NCBI GenBank assembly: GCA_964035545.1
Contig: OZ037771.1
Location: 14,011,133-14,075,132 of the forward strand
Reading direction: 5' to 3'
Source of the DNA: Bugula neritina
Lineage: Eukaryota; Animalia; Bryozoa
DNA: 64,000 bases
The notes under the pieces were generated by a model. That model did no database searches and was not told the DNA's origin. It was given only the letters and a program-made list of their open reading frames with translations. A program made the translations under genes and the position numbers. This document shows, piece after piece, positions 26,700 through 40,894 of this stretch. Position 1 is the stretch's first letter. Each line of letters begins with the position of its first letter.

Positions 26700-28700
26700 A
26701 TAAAGAAGTCAATGTCAGCCCTGGTGAATATTTACCTAAAAGGCAACAAACAAATTTTACTGCACCATTTCAACAAGTTAAGATATAAAACGCCTATTCT
26801 TTTAATTTGATTGTTCAGCTTGATTTTATTTTTAGATTGTACCAGCTGGTGCAATAAAAATATATTTGGAAAGGCTTCAGTTTTATAGAGGAAAAGCAGT
26901 GAAATAACTTTCGTTTTACCATGCACCCCTAATCAACGCTCTTGTAGTTTAAGAGCTTAGGTTAATAAAGTTTCTCAGCTAATTAATCCCACCTGCACAC
27001 ATTTTTACACATAATTATCAGTCGTCTCAGCACCATGCAATAGTTAGATTAAAAGGGTCATTTATTGACAATTAAAAGCCATAGTTAGCAGAGTAGTTAA
27101 AAGCCTTTTTTCAATAATAAGTTTTTGGTTGCATTTTTCAAGTTATTCTTTCATTGTAAATTAAGATAAAAACAAAAACTGCAGGGCTTACCTACAGCCA
27201 AGTAGAGAAATTATATTCAATATGCTGTCAAAGGCAAACAAACTATATGAACTATTATAATATGATATTAACTATGCACATGTGCTATGCTTCTATTTAT
27301 TTTTGAATTGTGGCTCAGATATGCTAAATACTCGAACTGCGGTTACTTCTTTTTCTGTTCAGCTGTATAAGTCAATAGGTAGTATTTTAGGATTGAAGTT
27401 TTTTCTTAAATAGAATTTCTATAGGGTAGTCTTTAGTATAAATTCTTTGTCTGCTAAAATCTATGAGCAAAATAATATTTATAGTACTCTGTTTTGAAAG
27501 AATAGCACACCATTTGGTACAGGAATTTGGCCCCTATAAAAATGCAAGTGTTGGTGATGGAAGTAGTAAACGAATTGCTACTGCAAGTGTAGAGTAGTGT
27601 GACTTTCAGCCATGACAGAACGTACTTCAGAGCATAATGACATAGCATAACGTCAATAGTTGTGCATTACACGGTTTAGTTGCCTGCTGGCCCGTTTGTA
27701 ACACATTCTGTTAGTGCAAATAAGTGGTAATCCAGTAGGCCTAATGGAACTGCATTCGTGAACTATTTATAGTTAACATATTATGTCAACCACAATATCA
27801 TTACCCTTTGACCATCTTTGTTTTCCATATGCCTATTGTGAACTGCATAATGTTAGCCAACATGTTTTGTAAGCTTATCAGTTTAGCTATAGCTATATAA
27901 ATGCTTGTAAGCTTGCTCGCACCTGGCAATACCATGGTAGGCCAACTGCTAGGACCATGACTAGTGCAGCCACAATTAATATAACCAACCAGCTTTCACT
28001 GTAGTGTGGCCATATGTTTGGCTTTGGTAATATTTTGTCAGAGTGCAAGTCTCAACTGATGCCATAAATTGCAATGTGAAAACTATCATGAATCAAGTAA
28101 TATGTTGGTAAAGATATGCAAAAATGTATAACAAGTCACAAAGTTATCTCAAAACAATCAGGGTTTCAAATTTCATCACTGATGGCCATAGCTCAAGCAA
28201 GTTGAATATCATTGCAACAAAAAGGAAGCAACTTATTTTCTCCAAAAAATTTGTTATTGTAAAAATAAGTAAAACTAATTTAATTTTTAAAATTTACCTC
28301 TAATATTAGTTTAGATCTTTTCATGATTTGCGGACGTAAACCTAAAATTAAGGCTGCATGCATGTTTTCTCAAACCAAAGTGTGTTTACCTATAAAAGAT
28401 AATTTGACTTGTCAATCTATTACCTAGGTCCTAGTACATCAGTGTATATTTATATACCATAGCTCTGACCGCTGGCTGTGCCTTAGTAATAATATACAAA
28501 CTACAGTTTATTTTTAACCGTTGGTTTATTTAATCAAGATACCTTTGCAAGTAGCAACAGAGTCATAGGCCAATTTTAAAACAAGATGGCAATCCACTGC
28601 TAGTAAACACCCTGATGGAATATAACCCACTCATTTTTCTAGCTGTTGTTTATATCATTATAGTATAATCCCTTATGTATTGGCATTCTTCCTAAGATGA

Positions 28701-28772
28701 TGCATTGGCTTCGTGGTAAACCGCGTTTCCTTTGCACTCGTTGGGTATGGGTTCAATCCTCGCAGTCAGCTA
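28701..28772 (+). pseudogene. tRNA-like / tRNA-SINE head remnant
   Basis: A-box-like TGGCTTCGTGGTAA and B-box GGTTCAATCC at tRNA-like spacing, followed by a T-run. No convincing cloverleaf. Confidence 0.55.
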
Positions 28773-30964
28773 AATTTTTTGCAATCTTGCATTCTTGTCA
28801 AATACTTCCACTAAATTATTTTTACTAATTTTACACATTGATATGTGTAATAATAGTGATGGGTCAAATATGACTATAGTTGTAGAATTTCTTTCACTTT
28901 TTAAATAACACTCAACAGGTGGACAGTGTATATAGTACATACATATTAGTTAGATACTGAACACTGGGCTAAATATAGGGTTTAGTTATTAAGTAAATAT
29001 TGATAGTTGGTGCAATAATGGAGAAATTAAGTTATGTACATGTTCTTGTGATTACATTTTTATTAACCGCACCCCACGCTAAAATTTGTTATCCAGATGA
29101 AGAAGGTTAAGCTATCAAAGCTTTTAAATTACTGCACAGAAGTGTAAAAATAGCAGCCTATTTCTTCTTGTTATATAGTGAAATGACATTCATTATGTAT
29201 ATAGGCATATATATATATATTTTAATTCTGTTACATCATATTTTAGCTTTAAAACAAGCATGTTATGTCCATTTGTTTATCACACCCCTGCAGTAAATAT
29301 GTCAAAAATTCCTTACTTTTGCTACCTAAAATTTCTTTTAAAATATAAGCAGCTACATAGAGCATTTTTTCAAGTTAGAAAATATGTATATATATTTTTC
29401 AACTACGTTTTAAAAGGAATACAAATATGTAAACCACAAAGCAGTGATTGTCTTCTTTCAATGCCATATTTTTGATGACACCAAGAAAGAAGGTGATAAT
29501 GCAACTCCTAAGAGCATGTGCACTAAATCGCTCCTCTGTCTGAGAGTATACCATTTGTATTAATGTATGAAGTCTTCAACATATATTTCAACTTATTTTT
29601 GCAAGTAACTCATGACAGTAAACTATATGCTTGCTTTTCTTCATGTGTGTGTGCGTGTGTGAGTGTGTGTGTAAAAATGCAGCACTCATAATAGTTGCTA
29701 TTTTATGAACAGCTTACTATAGCTACAGTTATATGTAATTGCATAGGAGTGTTGCAAGTGTTTGCTAAAAGATGGTATATAAAACATGTCGACGAATTTG
29801 TTGTAGAAAAATTTAAATAATTACTTAGCATTTAGCAATAAAATTGTTCATGTACAAATCAGAAACACCAAGTTGTATGCATATATTTCAAATAGTATAT
29901 GCATGAATTTGCAAAAAAAATTAGAACTTATACTTTCACTATGAGTATATGTTTTATATATGTGCTCATTTTGTATATACTGCACAATATGTTATTTACA
30001 ATGTTAAACCAAAATAATCAGAACTCAATATAGTGTAATACAGGCACATCTACAATGTTAACAAATATAACATTAAAAACAAGAAACAAAATTGTTGGTA
30101 TCTTTTACTTAATTTTTTACAAGCAAAAAATTATTCTTGCCGCAAACTAAATTTAAATGCTGAGGTTCGTAAAGTTATATGTTTGTTAAATTATTTTGCA
30201 TTTGTTTATATTCTACAAATAATTTCTACATCTTTTATATAATTGCGATATTTCTTTTCGTCTACTACATGCAGCTCATTATATGCATATGTAGGCTATA
30301 TACAATGCAGCATAAAATTTTATAATACTAAGCAAAAAATGCTATGAAAATAAAAACATTTTACAAAATGATATTATATTATGGTAGCAATAAAGTTGTA
30401 ATAGACTATTATTTAATGAGAAGACAATTATGTCTTTATAATGAAGATTGATAAATTTATAATATGAGCTGAAATTGAGTGAGAAGACAATTATGCTTTC
30501 AAAATACTTACAAGACTAAATTCTTATCTAATAGCTACAGTATTTAATATCCTTTGTTCAGAACAAAGTCTAAAAGGAGCGGATTTAAATAAAAATTCAG
30601 ACCTGCATTTGTTAAAACTTTTCAATCAAAATTATTACATTATATTATTCTTTCTCATAACTCCTAGCTTCTAAAACCTTTTGCATGAAAAAATTGATTT
30701 AGAATGCAAATTACTGCTAGAAATTGCCGTGTTTTAATGTCAACCCTAACTGTATCCACCACTTGTTTTAGTTGTTACGATCGTTGCCTAACCAATGAAG
30801 TTGAACTGGTTGTACCTCCAGCCAATCAATTACTTATTTCAATTGCGCCTCATTAGGCTAGGATCGTTGACGAAATCTATATAATGTAATACAAATCCCA
30901 TTACCACTGATTGACCCGAAGTTCTCTACGACTTTTATAGTGGTATAGGATAATAGATATACTG

Positions 30965-33900
30965 GCAAATTTACCCTTACTTATATTTGTATTGTGTAAT
31001 TATACCCAGTGCAGCTATAGTTTTACTTGTGTCATTTTTTTCCCAACATCATATAAAGCTTCTCACCTCTTGTAATAGCAAGTTGAACTAATAATCTAGC
31101 TGGTGCCATGACCAAATGATGTAATATATAAATTATATGGTGATAGGAGCAACAATGTAGTATAATATGAGAATTGTCTCCCTTGCAAATGTAGTCGCTT
31201 TATATGCTGGTAATGAGTGTAAAATACTTATACTCATGCTATATGGAGTTGATGCAACATGGATTGTATAATCACATAGTATTCTAATATCTTTGCAATC
31301 ATGGTACATGCGAAGTAGAGGATGGGGTCAAAGTTTAAAAAACCTGAATAAATGGTCTCGGGTAAGAATGGCACAGGCGCAAGTTAGCACAGGCAAAAAT
31401 AGCAAAGAAAAAGTGGTGCAGATAATAATGGCAGCAGTGATATAATGGCACAAATGGAAAAGGATGGGAAATTGTGAAAAAAATTTAATATTAGGGTTTG
31501 AGGTTTTGGATGGGATTAGTTGGGACTGGAGATTAGGGGTTTGAGGTTGGAGTTAGAAGTTGCATGGAGGCTTAACTTTGCATGTAGGGGTTTGGGTTTT
31601 TGGGTAAATATAAAATCAGTGTGCCATTTTACAAGCTTTTCTATTTGTGTCATAGTGTTTTCCCATGCTGTTATTTACTGTTTCACTGCTGCCTGCTACA
31701 TTTATTGTGTGCCACTTTTATCTATATAATTATATGCATACAATAAGTATCACAAATTAAAAGTTGCTGCAGGAAAATTGACAAACACCTGCATGCAGTT
31801 AAAGTCTAAAGTAGTTTCTATAAAAGCTGCCTGATAAATATTGTCGAGGCAGACTAACGCCAAGTCTTCAAGTGTTGAGAGAATAAACAGATGTGTATCA
31901 GAGACTACGTCAGTCAGTTTTATCTAAACTCATAGTATAACTATATATAGTAACTTTCCAGAGCTGGGTATAATAGCTGTTATAATATACTGCTGATGTA
32001 CAAGATAGACACTTGGGCTTTCACAGCTGCTTGTTTAAAATACTATCTTCTTTGCTTCACCATCCATTTAATTATATATTGTAAATGTAATAATTATTAA
32101 GGTGCCTTAAGCAATAATGCCTACTATAGTTGGCACAGGTACAAATAAAACAATTAGTAAAAATAGCACAAATTAAAAAAAATAAATTAAAAGGAATACT
32201 GATGTTAATTTTGCTCAAACCCAAACCACTATTCTGCTAACCCCTAAACCCAAAAACCTATATATAGTTTTCAAAACTCAAACTCTTCTCTATACTCCCA
32301 GCTTCAACCTCAAATCACACTATAATAAAATGTGCTATTCATTTAGTTTCCAATTGTGCAAATTTACCCGTATTATTTCTATTGTGCCAATTAACCAGTG
32401 CAGCTATAGTTTTACCTATGTCATTTTTTATTCAACATCATACATATATAACCTCCCACATCATATTATGAGAGCAAGTTGAAGAAATAATATATATGTT
32501 AGCATGATGTAATAGATAAATGAGATGGTGAAAAGAGCAACAATGTGGTATAATATTAGAATTGTCTCCCTTGCAAATGTAGTCACTTTATATGCTGGTA
32601 ATGAGTGTAAAATACTTATGGATCACTAAGTGTATATGAGAATATAGTTTAAGGTAGAAATGTTTAACATTTACAAATATGTTACAAAATATTATCACAT
32701 AATAGATAATAATGGTAAAACAAATATCAATAAAATAATATACACACACTTAATAGTGAAGCTATATACTGTAGGTTGTATATCATGACTGAACACTGAA
32801 GATAATATTCAATAACTCATGCTATATATGGAGTTGTAACATGGGTTGTATAATCACATAGTATTCTATAATCAAGTAGTACACATTTGGAGTATACAAT
32901 GGGGTTAAAGTTTGCATGGTATAAATGGCAGAGTGAATTTTGTGCAGATAATTGCATAGTACAAAAGGAAAATTATACAAATGCGCCACATTATTAAACT
33001 TGTGGTTTGGGGTTGAAGGGGTGGGTTTGGGTTTTGTGGTTTGGCAGGGTTGGGTTGTGGGTAGTTAGGTGTAGGGCAATTTGGAGTTGGGGTTTTTGGT
33101 TTGGGGTTTGAGTTTTGGCAATTATGACATCAGCTATAAATTTGCCATTTTACATACATTTGTATTTGTGACAGTTTCCCATGCAGTCATTTACTGTTTC
33201 AGTGTTGCCTGTGCCATTCATTGTGTGCCACTTTTAGCTATGATCAAATTTATATAATAAGCATCACACATTAAAGTTTGCTGCACAAGAGTCGACCAAC
33301 ACTATGTAGGCTAAATCTAAAGTAGTTTCTATAAAAGCTGCCTGATAAATATTGTCGAGGCAGACTAACTCTAAGTCTTCAAGTGTTGAGAGAATAAACA
33401 GATGTGTATCAGAGACTACGTCAGTCAGTTTTATCTAAACTCATAGTATAACTATATATATAGTAACTTTCCAGAGGGTGTAGTAGCTGTTATAATATGC
33501 TGCTGACGTACAAGATAGACACCTGGACTTTCACAACTGGTTGTTCAAAAAATATTATTTTCTTTACCTCACCATCCATTTAATGAATTGTTAATCAAAT
33601 AATATTAAGGTGCCTTAAGCAATAATGCATACTATAGTTGGTACAGGTACAAATAAAACAATTAGTAAAAATAGCACAAATTAAAAAAATAAATGAAAAG
33701 GAATACTGATGTTAATTGTGCTCAAACCCAAACCACTATATATACTGCTAACCCCTAAACCCAAAAACCTATAGCTTTCAAAACTCCAAACCCTCAAACC
33801 CCTCCCTATACTCGCAGCTTCAATCTCAAATCACACTATAATAAAATGTGGTATTCATTTAGTTTCCAATTGTGCACTTAATTATTACTGGTGCAAATTT

Positions 33901-35560
33901 ACTTGTATTATTTCTATTGTGCCAATTAACCAGTGCAGCTATAGTTATAGCTATGTCATTTTTTACTAAACATCATATATAACCTCCCACATCATATTAT
34001 GAGAGCAAGTTGAAGAAATATCATATATGTTAGCATGATGTAATATATAAATTATACGGTGATAAGAGCAACAATGTGGTATAATATTAGAATTGTCTCC
34101 CTTACAAATGTAGTCACTTCAAGTGCTGGTAATGAGTGTAAATACTTATGAATCACTAAGTGTATATGAGAAGATAGTTTAAAGTAGAAATGCCTAAGAT
34201 TTGCACGACTGTTACGAAAACATTATCACATTGTAGATAGATCAAATAGTATAAAGTATATCAAATAGTTATAGAAACACACTTATATAATAGACGTGAA
34301 ACTATGTTGTATATCATGACTGAACACTGAAGATAATATTCAATAATTCATCCTATATGGAGTTGTAATATGGGTTGCATAATCACATAGTATACAAATA
34401 TCATTGCAATTATAAGTGCACATGTGGAGGATGCAATTGGGTTAAAGTTAGCACGCAGGTAAAATTGGCAAAGTGAATTTGGTGCTTAAGTAATTATGGT
34501 GCTAATGAAAAATTAATTAAATGTGCCACAGTTACATATTTGGGGTTTGTGGTTTGGGGTTTGGTGTTTGGAGGAGGTTTGGGGTTTGGGGTATAAGTTA
34601 GGGGTAGGGCTTTGGAGTTGGAGTCCGGTTTTCTGCTTGGGGTTTGAGTTTGGGCAAATATAGCAACCTACTTTTCTATTTGTGCCACTTTTATCTATAA
34701 TCGAAAAAATATAATAAGCATCAAACATTAGAATTTGCTGCAAGAAAATTGACACACACCGCATGTAAATAAAATTTAGAGTAGTTTCTAAAAGCTGCCT
34801 GATAAATATTGTCGAGGCAGACTAACTTCAAGTCTTCAAGTGTTGGGAGAATAAGCAGATGTGCATCAGAGACTACGTCAGTCAGTTTTATCTAAACTCA
34901 TAATATAACTATATATAGTAACTTTCCAGAGGGTTTAATAGCTGTCATAATATGCTGTCGACGTACAAGGTAGACACATGGACTTTCACAGCTGCAGTTG
35001 TTTAAAATATTATCTTCTTTATTTCAAGCAGTATGTTACTATAAATTACACCAATCAAATTAATCGAACAATAAACAATATCAAGATGCTATGGCTATAA
35101 TACATAGTATATTTTGCACAAGTAGAAACAACACAGGTAATAATATCACAAATGAAAAAGCAAGTAAAATGGCACACTGATAATAATCTTGCTCAAACCC
35201 AAACTCCTACCTCTAGCCAGCCAATACCAAGCCTCAAAATCCATAACACTTCTCCTGTAACGCTAAAATTCCAATTTCTCAAACTTACAATCCTCCAAAC
35301 CCTTTACCCTACCCTGTACCCCCCCCCTCCAAGATGTGCATGGCTAGCTATAATACAGAGTATATAAGTCAGCACTGATGCAAGTAGCAGAGGTAATAAT
35401 GACACAAATGAAAAAGTAAGTAACATGATACACTGGTAATAATTTGGTTCAAACTCAAACCCAAGCTCTTATAGCCTCTAACCCTCAGCACCAAACCCCC
35501 TACTTTTAGCCAATCAAACCAAAACCACTATTAGCTTGACTAACATCACATCCTGTAACC
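30965..35560. repeat. Repeat array, segment 3
   Basis: Continues the unit broken at 13983. Junction cores at ~31851, 33362 and 34819. Confidence 0.92.
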
Positions 35561-36333
35561 TTCTGAGAACATACTTCTCGTTTGTTATGCTGAAGAAGAT
35601 TCCTTGAAACGTGAGGCTTGCTATAAAATGGTTTGAACACAAAATATATGCAGTTAGATTATATATAATAATCATATCTTAGTTCACTCAGGCTACCCCA
35701 GGCTTTGTGGTTAGGAAAGCTTGGGTTTGTAGATTGCTTGCTGCTCGACTTGTTGCTATGTACCTCATGTATGTTTGCTTGTATAAGGTAAAGTGACACA
35801 ATATGATGGTAAATTTGCCCATACTTCAATTCTCAACAAACTCAAACCCCAACCCCTTCTTAATGAGATGTCTATATTCTCTCCCCCTGACTTTATGTTG
35901 CCTCTCCAAATATTCAAATATAAAACATACTTTTATTTTCTCAGCTGAAAAGGATTCATATAGAAATATAAGGCCTGCCGTATTATACTATATTAATCTG
36001 CACTACAATCCAATTATATATAATTTATTACGTACAATAATATAAAATTATATACTACGTATTATAGTATTTATGAAAAACGAAAGAATTGAAACAGATG
36101 TTATATATTCATGGAATAAAAACTTGCCTTAACATAAGTGAATTTTAAACTACACTGCCGAATTTTATTTTCTAACAGTCTCAAAAATTATATTAAGTAG
36201 ATAATATTCTAAACAAATATGGCTCTTAATAAAAGCATAGAAACTACTTGCATATATCATAAAAATAAGATAACTCCAATTATGTTCAACACATCTTTCT
36301 GATGGGAACTAACATATGCTGCTGGTGATTTGA

Positions 36334-36339
36334 TATAAA
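36334..36339 (+). promoter_or_regulatory. Candidate TATA box of the NHL gene
   Basis: TATAAA ~75 bp upstream of the ATG at 36410; the AT-rich background weakens this. Confidence 0.3.
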
Positions 36340-36409
36340 GTTTGTAACTTTGCTAGATAGACTTCATTTGTGGAAAACATTCACTTTAGGTAGACGTTAC
36401 AAAGAAAAG

Positions 36410-39400
36410 ATGTACTGGTGGTACATAGCTGTAAGTATAATTTATATTTTTCTATAACACTCAAAGTTCATTACTTTTTTACATTTTGAAATTTCAAGCA
36501 TTAAGTATATTGTAAATATCATAATAATAATATATGTTTTAGATTCTGCTGATAGTCTGTGGACAGACAACTGCTGATAGGAATAATGCAACAAGGTAAG
36601 TGTAGACTACATGGTTATGTTGATATATACATATGAACTGTCTTTACACACGGCTTTATAATTATGCAAGATATGTAATCAATAATGTTGCTATGGTTAC
36701 GTGCCTTAATTTACTCACTATAAAATTATATTAGTATTAATTATTATATATTCATTATAGAGCTGCTATTTGTGTCAATTAATTTAGAATTGATTAAATA
36801 TAAAAATATAATTGAATTTTCCATAAAATATTTACTGATTAAATTGTGAAATAGTTTTTATATGCATTAGAACTTTTTGTGTTTAATAATTTATAGCGCT
36901 GTTTAAATATTGAAAACAGAAAATAGAGTTTTTATAAAATAATATACTGTTTCATCATGATAAATATTACACAAAACACATGCTTACATTTTTATAGAAC
37001 TTAAAATACTAGAAAATACAGCTAAAACTATTTTGTGCATCTCAAGTATATAATGTACAAAGTCAAGAAAATGCATTGTTTTGGTTAACAACACTTTGTT
37101 GGCTACTTTCAATTGCTATATAAGTGGATGAAATAGAACTTTGTTTATGAATGATAGTAGTCCAATAATTTGTTTACAATGCATATAGGAGTGTTTTATT
37201 ATAACAGTAAAGTTGATGATCCACACACATATCTAATTCACTTTTATTGCAGTAATGTAATTGATAATCTACATAATATAAATAAGAAACTATGGGCTGT
37301 AGCAATAATTAATAGTCACACAGTGGTATATACATAATAGCTGTAACATATAGTATACAGCTTAAGCTCATAGTTTTTTAATTCAATCATAGCTGCAGCT
37401 CAAATAAAATTGATAGTTAATAGATTGAAATATTCATAAATATTTATCATCTTTTTTATTACAGCATATCCTTCAAGAAAGCAGAACTGTACCTTACAAC
37501 TTCTTACTTCACCTATCATATGGAACTTGATAAATACAAGAATGATGGAAGCCTCCTCCTCGGTACCACCTCTGGTCTACTAACTACTGATGGGCAGACA
37601 ACTTCAACTCTTGTGTCATTTAGGGTAACAAGTTTCACACAAATCAATATGACTCACGTTGTTTTGACAGACTGGTACAATCACTGTATTAAACTGTTGA
37701 CTAGAGAAGATAACAATATTAAAGTTATGGCAGGATCATGTGGTACCAGTGGCTACAAAGAAGGAGCAGTAGGGGTGGGACAGTTCAAGTACCCTTGGGG
37801 AGTACAGATAGATGTTAGGAACCCAAGAAAGCTATTAGTAACTGATGACAATAATCATGCCTTAAGGTCTGTTGATATGAAGACAGGAGAACTGAGTACA
37901 GTAATAAATACTGGGTTCAGTGGTCCTGGAGGATTTCTGTGGGCTGGCAGACAGTTGCTAGTAGCTAATCGTAATCACTACATATCACAAGTGAGCTGGT
38001 CCAGCAATGGAAGAGTTAGTAACACTCTATTGGCTGGTTCAACTACAAGTGGTGGTGATGTGATTGGCTCGTTTGACAATGCTAGATTTAACTATCCTAC
38101 TGATATTGAAGAAGTGGCAGACAATCTGTACCTGGTTGCTGACTATAATAATAGAAAACTCAAGCTAATGGATATGAAGAAGAGGATAGTTGGTCCAGTC
38201 TGCTTTAAAGGAGAAGATCCGTGTACAGAGAGTAGCTTGCTTCCTGATAGACCGTGGTCTTTGTTGAATGTGGGTGGAGCAATCTATGTTGGAATGTACC
38301 GGAATATCTATAAGTTGAGTGGTGAGTGAAATCTATACATATTATGCAATAAATGTATGCAGGTGTTTATACTATATAGCTTAGTATAGCTTATACTATT
38401 TATAAAAATACATATAATATAATACATACATACTATATATATATAGCATAACATATTATATTATATGTTGTAGTATATAGTATATAAAATATATAAATAT
38501 ACAATAACAGTGTAGAATATACATATATACTGTCCATATCTCACTATAATGCTATAATTAATATAGTGTATGTATAGTGTATAGGCATATTAAACATCAA
38601 TATCAATACTATAATATTATTATATTATCATTATAATGTACTTGAGGAGTGCTAAAGAAGCATGAAACTAATAGTAGCACAATAAGACAACATCCAATTA
38701 AATTGCTCTTTTTCTTGATAACAAAATTGCTAAGTATTGTACATATAATAATTTAAGCACTCTTTTATTTGCTGTGCAGATTGTCCTTATAACAATCTCA
38801 CTGCTTCATTGACACCTGGTCAAACTACAGCAATAGTCCTGTTGGCAGACGAACACTCCATAGAGCTTCCCGAAGGGGCTTTTCGATTAACAAAGAAACA
38901 CAACTCTGAGATATGTGTCTATTACGTCATAGTCACAAGTAAGTGGCTGAAAGTGAAAAACAAGATAGATCCCATATAAAACGATTACCTAATCAATGCA
39001 CTGCAAGTGTATTTTGTTTCACAGTAAATCTAAAAAAGTATAAAACCTAATGGTTGTTATAATTTTAATTATAAAAAAATCATTTTTAGTCTATATATGA
39101 AGCTATAACAATATTCAGTTGAGATTTGTTTAAAAAAAGCAGGTTTTTTTTATTAGAAACGGAGGTTTTAATTTTCCTTTTGCAGTTTGTCTAGTTTGCA
39201 AAAGCTCTGCATGGAGTGTTTAGTATACTGCATTAAATACAACTCTTTTGTTATCTTTGTCTAAGCGGATGCTGGAAAAAATAAATTTTATTTAGGAACA
39301 ACCCAAATCTCAACAATTAGTGCTGTATAGCAACATAATTCTATTGTGCTATAAAAATACTTTTTAATATAAACATGTATCACCTGCATATGTTTTTTAA

Positions 39401-40595
39401 CATTGGTGGGACTTTTTCCAAACTCAAATGAAAAACACTAATTTATTTGTAGAGTCCGAGATAGTGAGAAGATTGACATTCAAAGCAGAGTATGACGTGA
39501 CATGTGACTTACTCAATGGCTATATTAGCAGAGCTGTACTGAGATCTACATTGACTCACAGGAGAGATCAAATTCAAAAGATCTGTGCTGGTAGTAAATA
39601 TGATGTGTACTGTTTGTTATCTTTCTGGGAGATTGTTATGGAATTCTTACACTGATGATTTTTGTAGTCCTGAGTGGATAGTTTTATTAGAAGTATGTTA
39701 ATGAAATTCCTTGTTTTTTTTCATAATTTCAAGTGTGTGAATATAGAGATATAAAGATTCGAAAGATCATGGTTGCGTGTATTTTAATAATATAATGTAA
39801 ACTACGATAAATTTGTAGCTTCAGCTGTTTATTTGGTAAATTTCTAACTGACCCATTTTTTAAAATATTGAATTGCTATTATAGTTTCCTTGTGCTAATG
39901 CAATATCAATATAGTATTTTAGTGACCTGAATATTTATCTCATGTAGATTGTACAATATCTGCCACACTTGAACCATTCTATGACTGTACCAATAATCTC
40001 TTAACTCTCTACTGGCCAACTGATGAGCTGTATCCTGCCACCATCTTGGAACCTCCGGCAGTGTTGAGTGATGAACTGAAAAAGAGGCTGAATCAATTTG
40101 ATGCTACGAGAGCTCTCGAGATTTTCATTCCTTCCCATAAGCCACCGTGAGTCTGATACTCTATAGCAGCCTTTTTGTAGGGTTTTGTAGTTTGAAGCAA
40201 TGTTTGGCTCACTTTTTGGAAAATATTGAACAATAAGTAAAATAGAATCGGAACGAAAAATATTTGCTTTGTTCCCCTTATAGCTAAAATATGTAGATAT
40301 AAAAAATTTGAAAAGAAAATCATTATTTGTGCAGTTTTAATAAATATATATGACTAATTATATGCTGGAATTGCATGGTAATGTTGTCTACAAGCACTGT
40401 GGCTTCTAACTCAGGTCAATGTGAAGTTACCGCTCATTATATAATTAACAGGATATTATATTATTATATTATATTATTCACAGGATAGTTGCTGCTAAGA
40501 AGAACTCAAAGGGAGAAGCCATGCAGATAATTCTTCATTCAACCTGTGCTGATGAGACTCAAACTTATGATGCTATCAAGGACATGTGTACCTAG
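36410..40595 (+). CDS. Secreted NHL-repeat beta-propeller protein, ~512 aa, 7 exons: 36410-36430, 36543-36595, 37465-38321, 38780-38938, 39453-39590, 39948-40146, 40484-40595
   Basis: All junctions are GT-AG with compatible phases; the total is 1539 nt, open to TAG. Signal-peptide-like MYWWYIAILLIVCGQTTA. NHL motifs FKYPWGVQID..LLVTDDNNHALR and ARFNYPTDI..LYLVADYNNRKLK lie in the 37520-38329 ORF. Cys-containing C-terminal region with no TM helix. The exon 5 donor (GTAGTA) is the least certain. Confidence 0.88.
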
Positions 40596-40773
40596 ATTGC
40601 TGACCAATCAGCAGCATTTGGATGCATTCACATTGTTTGTTGTCTAACTAAAAGCTACCACAAGCTACATGGAACGGGATTGCTAAGCCTTGATAGCTTA
40701 CATCCAAATCATCTATAATCATGAATGTCTAATTCTATGTGATTTATTAACTTTGTGTGTTGAAATGTCTCTG

Positions 40774-40779
40774 ATTAAA
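40774..40779 (+). terminator. Candidate polyadenylation signal ATTAAA
   Basis: ~180 nt after the stop codon, followed by T/GT-rich sequence. Confidence 0.45.
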
Positions 40780-40894
40780 AGTTTGATTTTGCAGTGAAAA
40801 CCTTTTGCCTTGTTTTGTAGTCTTAACTTTCACCTAGTAAATTCATTAGAGTGAAAGACTATAAGTATTGACACATTTGTTTTCAGCAGATAGA

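Larger units (their letters stand above)
13984..30964 (+). mobile_element. ~17 kb Zisupton/KDZ-type multi-exon DNA transposon, non-autonomous (copy 1)
   Basis: Perfect 8-bp TSD GCAAATTT at 13976-13983 and 30965-30972. Removing the insert restores the array sequence CCAGTGCAAATTTACCCTTAC. Short imperfect TIR CAGTGCATC...GATATACTG. KDZ transposase exons at 22.0-22.9 kb. Confidence 0.88.

Noticed and set aside
38640-38685. Short match to 49187-49228 (TGAGGAGTGC.AAAGAA...TAATAGTAGCACA)
   Set aside because: Probably a fragment of a dispersed repeat; too short to classify.
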